Shown: one piece after another, positions 26,248-32,000 of the stretch | Numbering within the stretch: the first letter of the stretch is position 1 | Layout of the letters: each line of letters begins with the position of its first letter | Source of the DNA: Opitutales bacterium | GTDB lineage: Bacteria > Verrucomicrobiota > Verrucomicrobiia > Opitutales > Coraliomargaritaceae | Direction: 5' to 3' | Length of the DNA stretch: 32,000 nt | Assembly (NCBI GenBank): GCA_049606355.1 | Contig: JBMYVL010000004.1 | Location: forward strand, 1-32,000 | The notes under the pieces: generated by a model | The model's database searches: none | The model's input: only the letters and a program-made list of their open reading frames with translations | Told to the model about the DNA's origin: nothing | Program-made: the position numbers and the translations under genes

Positions 26248-26640
26248 CTAGGGGTTGTGTTCGAGGATCTCGACTTCGTAGCCGTCCGGGTCCGTGATAA
26301 AGGCCATCTTCTTACCATGGATAAAGCGCTCCCGCCAGTCGCTCGGCCAGAGGTCGATTTTGAGATCCAGGCGTTCAAGCTGCTCACAGTAGTCGATTAG
26401 ATTATCTACACGGATGCAGGTGTGGACCAAGTCTTCAGGAAATTGGACGACAAAATCCGGGGAGTAGGTGAGCTCTAATTTATGGCTGCTGCCCGGAATT
26501 TGTAGGTGGGCTAACTGATTGCCGCTGGGCGATCGATCGGTACGACGCAGCACTTCAAAGCCACAGGTTTGGCAGTACCAGTTAATCGAGCGGTCTAAGT
26601 CAGACACGCGGATACGAGTGTGGTCGAAAGTGACGGGCAT
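26248..26640 (-). CDS. VOC-family protein, glyoxalase I-like
   Basis: FDHTRIRVSDLDRSINWY at the N-terminus, HLELTY-like KLELTY, internal HTCIRVD, and C-terminal FITDPDGYEVEILE. These are paired beta-alpha-beta-beta-beta modules with metal-ligand H/E positions. Confidence 0.8.
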   Translation of the reverse strand: MPVTFDHTRIRVSDLDRSINWYCQTCGFEVLRRTDRSPSGNQLAHLQIPGSSHKLELTYSPDFVVQFPEDLVHTCIRVDNLIDYCEQLERLDLKIDLWPSDWRERFIHGKKMAFITDPDGYEVEILEHNP

Positions 26641-26715
26641 GGTCGTGCTAGTAGTGATGGTTCGAGGACTGTGTGGGTCGCACTGAAGCAGTGCTCATCG
26701 GTGACGATGTCGCAA

Positions 26716-27357
26716 TTATAAACTGCGTACCACGGAGGTCGCCACGCCTTGCACGCACAGTTCGGTGACCGGGTAGAGTTCTGGGTAAAATTTATTTTCA
26801 GCTTTCAGGTAGGGTGGCTCGCCTGCTTTTTGTATGTAGCGCTTGAGGGTGGTCTCACCATCGATCAACGCCGCCACGATATCGCCATCGTGAGCGTCGC
26901 GTGGTTCAATCACCACCCGATCGCCATCATAGATTTCCGCATCGACCATGCTGTCGCCGCGGACTTGCAAGGCGAAGCTGCGCCGTTGCGAACTAAAGCC
27001 TGCGCTGCCAATGTCGACTTGGAGGCGGCCGATTTCACCCGCTGGTTCAACGCGGTCCGGATAGCCCGCCGCAATGGCTCCGACAATGGGAATGTCGACC
27101 ACTTCATGGGCGTCTTCCGGCAGCTCGGTGGATTCACCTTCCTCGGGGCGGTGAATCCTAAAGGTGCGCGCCTGCCCCGGAATACGCTGCAGGACTCCCT
27201 TCTTTTCCAGGGCACGCAGGTGGCCCATCACCGCATTGGTGCTCTTAAATTCAAATTGCTCCTGAATTTCGCGGATACTCGGCCAGAATCCGTTACGCCA
27301 TTCATGGTGCTCGATAAATTCTAAAATTTCTTTCTGTCGCTGCGTCAGGTCCTTCAT
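26716..27357 (-). CDS. lexA: LexA repressor (SOS regulator, S24 peptidase)
   Basis: MKDLTQRQKEILEFI winged-helix N-terminus, AAG cleavage site (VGAIAAGYP), catalytic Ser in VRGDSM and Lys in TLKRY. The track start at 27396 is a TTG extension. Confidence 0.93.
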   Translation of the reverse strand: MKDLTQRQKEILEFIEHHEWRNGFWPSIREIQEQFEFKSTNAVMGHLRALEKKGVLQRIPGQARTFRIHRPEEGESTELPEDAHEVVDIPIVGAIAAGYPDRVEPAGEIGRLQVDIGSAGFSSQRRSFALQVRGDSMVDAEIYDGDRVVIEPRDAHDGDIVAALIDGETTLKRYIQKAGEPPYLKAENKFYPELYPVTELCVQGVATSVVRSL

Positions 27358-27367
27358 ACTGTTCAAG

Positions 27368-27381
27368 TGTTTAGGTGAACA
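27368..27381 (-). promoter_or_regulatory. Candidate LexA operator overlapping the lexA promoter
   Basis: TGTTTAGGTGAACA is one mismatch from TGTTC-N4-GAACA. It is embedded in the palindrome CAAGTGTT-N6-AACACTTG (27364-27385), which has perfect 8-bp arms. It lies 11-24 nt upstream of the lexA ATG. A TTGACA -35 hexamer sits on the coding strand at 27391-27396. Confidence 0.55.
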
Positions 27382-27478
27382 CTTGTCCATTGTCAAGCCT
27401 GCGAATCGGGTGCCGTTTCCCAGCGAGTGCTAAAAGAGGTTGAATATTATAGGGCAGCCCGTTTCGCTGGCGCCTTCA

Positions 27479-29305
27479 ATGATTCACCTAACTAGCGCTC
27501 GAGCCAAGGCCCTGCAGTTCGCGACTGCGGGCGTGCTTCTGTTGGCAGTTGGGGGCTGTTCGGAACCGCCCACCGTGCAGCGCGGAACGCATCCACTGCC
27601 AGTGGACGTGTCGACGGTGGCTGCCACGCCCGGGCACTATGGCGGCATCTTTGTACTGAACGAGAGCACTGAGCCGACGACCTTTAACCCGCAGGTGCCG
27701 AATAATGTTAGCACCTCCTTGCTGCTGTCGCGCTTGTTGAGTGCCCTGGTTGAGTACGATCCGCGCACCGAGCAGTTTCAGCCCGCGCTGGCGAAAGCCT
27801 GGGAGGTCAGCGATGATCTTAAGTCCTACACCTTCTATCTGCGCGAAGGGCTTCGGTGGAGCGATGGCGTGCCTTTTACCGCCGACGATGTGCTCTTTAC
27901 CTTTGATTGTATCCTAGCCGAAACGGTCGATGCAGCGACTGGCGAACGGCGGCCGAAGTATCCGTCTCGTTATTACCAGCAATTTCATATCAACGGTGAA
28001 AAGCTGCGTTACACCAAAGTCGATCGGCATACGGTGCGCTTTGATTTACCCACGGTATATGCCCCGTTTATTTACGACATCAGCCAGCCGATCTTGCCCA
28101 AGCATCAGCTCGCAGCGGCCTTTGCCGATGGCAGTTTTCAAAAGCAATGGTCCACGCAGACCGCAATTGAGACGCCCGCAGCGATTGTCGGTACCGGGCC
28201 CTTCACGGTCTTTTCCTACAAGCCGGGTGAGCGTTTGGTGCTTCAGCCGAACCCCCACTATTGGAAGGCGGATCGACTGGGGCAGCGCTTGCCCTATGTG
28301 GATTATCTGGTTCACCAATTCGTCAAGGAGGCCAATACGCAAGTCGCACATTTTGCCACGGGTAAGAGTGACGCTGCCGGCATCGGCGCGGATGATTATG
28401 CGTGGGTGCAAAAAGCTGCAGATACGTATGACTTTACCATCTACGACCGCGGCCCCTCGGCCAGTGTGAACTTTTTTTGGTTCAATCAGCACCGCGGTGT
28501 GGATGCCGCTGGGCAGCCTTACGTGCCGGCGCATAAATTACGCTGGTTTACGGATAAACGCTTTCGGCAAGCGGTGCAATATGGGCTCAATCGCGCGGGC
28601 TTGATCGATGCGCTGCTGTTTGGCAAGGGTGAGCCCTTGACCTCAATCATCGCTCCGGCGCAAGGCAAGTGGCACAATCCGAATCTGCCGCGCTATGAGT
28701 ATGACCCAGTGGCGGCACGGCACTTGTTGCGCGAGGCTGGGTTTAGTTGGGATGCCAAGGGGCAATTGATCGATTCAGCGGGTGTACCGGTGGCCTTCAC
28801 TCTCTTACTGGTGGAGAGTAATTTTTACGACCGTGTCGGCGTCACCTTTGTCGAAAACATGAAGGATCTGGGCATGGATGTGAATCTGGAGCGGGCAGAC
28901 TTTGCTACTTTACTGCGTCGTACCGACGATACCTTTGATTACGACATTACCATACTCGGCTGGGGGTCCAGTAGTGCAGCCTACGATCCTTCTGGCAGTA
29001 AAGCGCTTTATCTCAGCAGCGGTGAGTATCACCAATGGTATCCCGAGCAACCGGAGCCGGCCACGGACTGGGAGGCGCGTATCGATACACTGATCGGCTT
29101 GCAAGAGCGCACGCTGGATGAGGCTCAGCGGGTTGCCTACATGCACGAGGTGCAGGCGATTTTGGCCGAGGAGTTGCCGCTCCTGTATGGTTTCACGCCC
29201 TTTGGCTATGCGGGAGTCAAAAACAAATGGCGCAATATTTATGTGCCGAGTGCCGGCACGACCTTGTGGAATATCGAGGAAATTTGGGAGGCGCGGGTAG
29301 AATAG
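27479..29305 (+). CDS. ABC transporter substrate-binding lipoprotein, family 5 (peptide/nickel, OppA/DppA-like)
   Basis: The ATG at 27479 gives MIHLTSARAKALQFATAGVLLLAVGGC, a lipobox. About 600 aa with family-5 style segments (LVEYDP, WSDGVPFTADDV, GTGPF, YKPGERLVLQPNPHYW). It is followed by permease and ATPase genes. Confidence 0.88.
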   Translation: MIHLTSARAKALQFATAGVLLLAVGGCSEPPTVQRGTHPLPVDVSTVAATPGHYGGIFVLNESTEPTTFNPQVPNNVSTSLLLSRLLSALVEYDPRTEQFQPALAKAWEVSDDLKSYTFYLREGLRWSDGVPFTADDVLFTFDCILAETVDAATGERRPKYPSRYYQQFHINGEKLRYTKVDRHTVRFDLPTVYAPFIYDISQPILPKHQLAAAFADGSFQKQWSTQTAIETPAAIVGTGPFTVFSYKPGERLVLQPNPHYWKADRLGQRLPYVDYLVHQFVKEANTQVAHFATGKSDAAGIGADDYAWVQKAADTYDFTIYDRGPSASVNFFWFNQHRGVDAAGQPYVPAHKLRWFTDKRFRQAVQYGLNRAGLIDALLFGKGEPLTSIIAPAQGKWHNPNLPRYEYDPVAARHLLREAGFSWDAKGQLIDSAGVPVAFTLLLVESNFYDRVGVTFVENMKDLGMDVNLERADFATLLRRTDDTFDYDITILGWGSSSAAYDPSGSKALYLSSGEYHQWYPEQPEPATDWEARIDTLIGLQERTLDEAQRVAYMHEVQAILAEELPLLYGFTPFGYAGVKNKWRNIYVPSAGTTLWNIEEIWEARVE

Positions 29306-29308
29306 ATC

Positions 29309-31612
<2,304 letters not shown>

Positions 31613-31665
31613 TATCAGGGTTGAGCGTTGATTCATCTGAGCGGAACTGTTGCACTGAGTAGATA

Positions 31666-32000
31666 ATGTCGGACTTACTTGAAGTAGAGAACCTGCGGAT
31701 TGCGTTTCACGGTGACGGGGAGCGCAATGAGGTCGTGCATGGCATTGATTTTTCAGTTGCTGCCGGAGGACAGGTCGTTGCTTTACTGGGCGAGAGTGGG
31801 AGCGGCAAAAGTGTAACCTGTTTGTCTCTCACACAATTGGTGCCACCGGCGCCGAGCTGCACCGTAAGCGGTACGATTCGTTTCGATGGGCGGGATATTC
31901 TCAAAATGGATCGGGCCGCTTTGCGTAAGGTGCGTGGCGAAGGAATCGCGTATATCTTTCAAGAGCCCGCGGCGTCACTCAACCCGGTGTTTACAGTGGG
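31666..32000 (+). CDS. ABC transporter ATP-binding protein (DppD/OppD-like), N-terminal fragment
   Basis: Manual translation from the ATG at 31666 gives MSDLLEVENLRIAFHGDGERNEVVHGIDFSVAAGGQVVALLGESGSGKSV..., with a Walker A motif. It runs off the window end. Confidence 0.85.
   Translation, partial: MSDLLEVENLRIAFHGDGERNEVVHGIDFSVAAGGQVVALLGESGSGKSVTCLSLTQLVPPAPSCTVSGTIRFDGRDILKMDRAALRKVRGEGIAYIFQEPAASLNPVFTV

Noticed and set aside
26749-27324. 191-aa + strand ORF
   Set aside because: It is antisense to lexA, whose identity is secured by the AAG, GDSM and KR motifs.
27358-27396. TTG-initiated 13-codon extension of lexA (MTMDKCSPKHLNS)
   Set aside because: The TTG is part of a TTGACA -35 hexamer, and the extension would translate through the candidate operator. 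LexA proteins conventionally start at the M-K-x-L-T-x-R-Q helix.
27930-28469. 179-aa + strand ORF out of frame inside the substrate-binding protein gene
   Set aside because: It is an alternative frame of a well-supported CDS, with an Arg/Ser/Pro-rich translation.

Overview
Gene-dense chromosomal segment with about 30 CDS and 2 tRNAs. There is no rRNA, CRISPR array, transposase, integrase or phage gene. By inference only, the content fits a Verrucomicrobiota/PVC-type bacterium: a PEP-CTERM sorting signal, a secreted sulfatase, a Chlamydia-like ribonucleotide reductase and a TGTTC-N4-GAACA-like LexA box.

Gene order, left to right:
- partial secreted protein (-)
- sulfatase with a HEAT-like C-terminus (-)
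- secreted metzincin protease (-)
- PEP-CTERM cupredoxin-like protein (+)
- tRNA-Thr and tRNA-Lys (-)
- ECF sigma / anti-sigma / periplasmic helical protein module (-)
- tandem NrdR boxes, then nrdB and nrdA (+)
- orphan NarL-type response regulator (-)
- DsbD_2/TauE-like membrane protein (+)
- very acidic orphan protein (-)
- pyrD (+)
- an unbroken 11-gene minus-strand string: gspG-H-I-J-K, GspL-like, GspM-like, gspD secretin, a PilP/GspC-like lipoprotein, lipB, lipA
- ndk and ispF (+)
- VOC/glyoxalase and lexA (-)
- peptide-type ABC importer: binding protein, fused BC permease and a partial ATPase (+)

I do not see a clear-cut novel defence-type system. The least conventional elements are:
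- (i) the type II secretion cluster, which lacks ATPase, platform and peptidase genes, puts the secretin last, and has a T4P-style lipoprotein
- (ii) the RNR, with a class Ic-like NrdB (Leu at the radical site) and a triple ATP-cone NrdA
- (iii) the 240-aa hyper-acidic orphan protein
- (iv) the PEP-CTERM-anchored blue-copper-like protein
- (v) a sulfatase whose maturation motif is C-S-T-A-R

All family calls come from motif reading of the supplied translations. No database search was possible.
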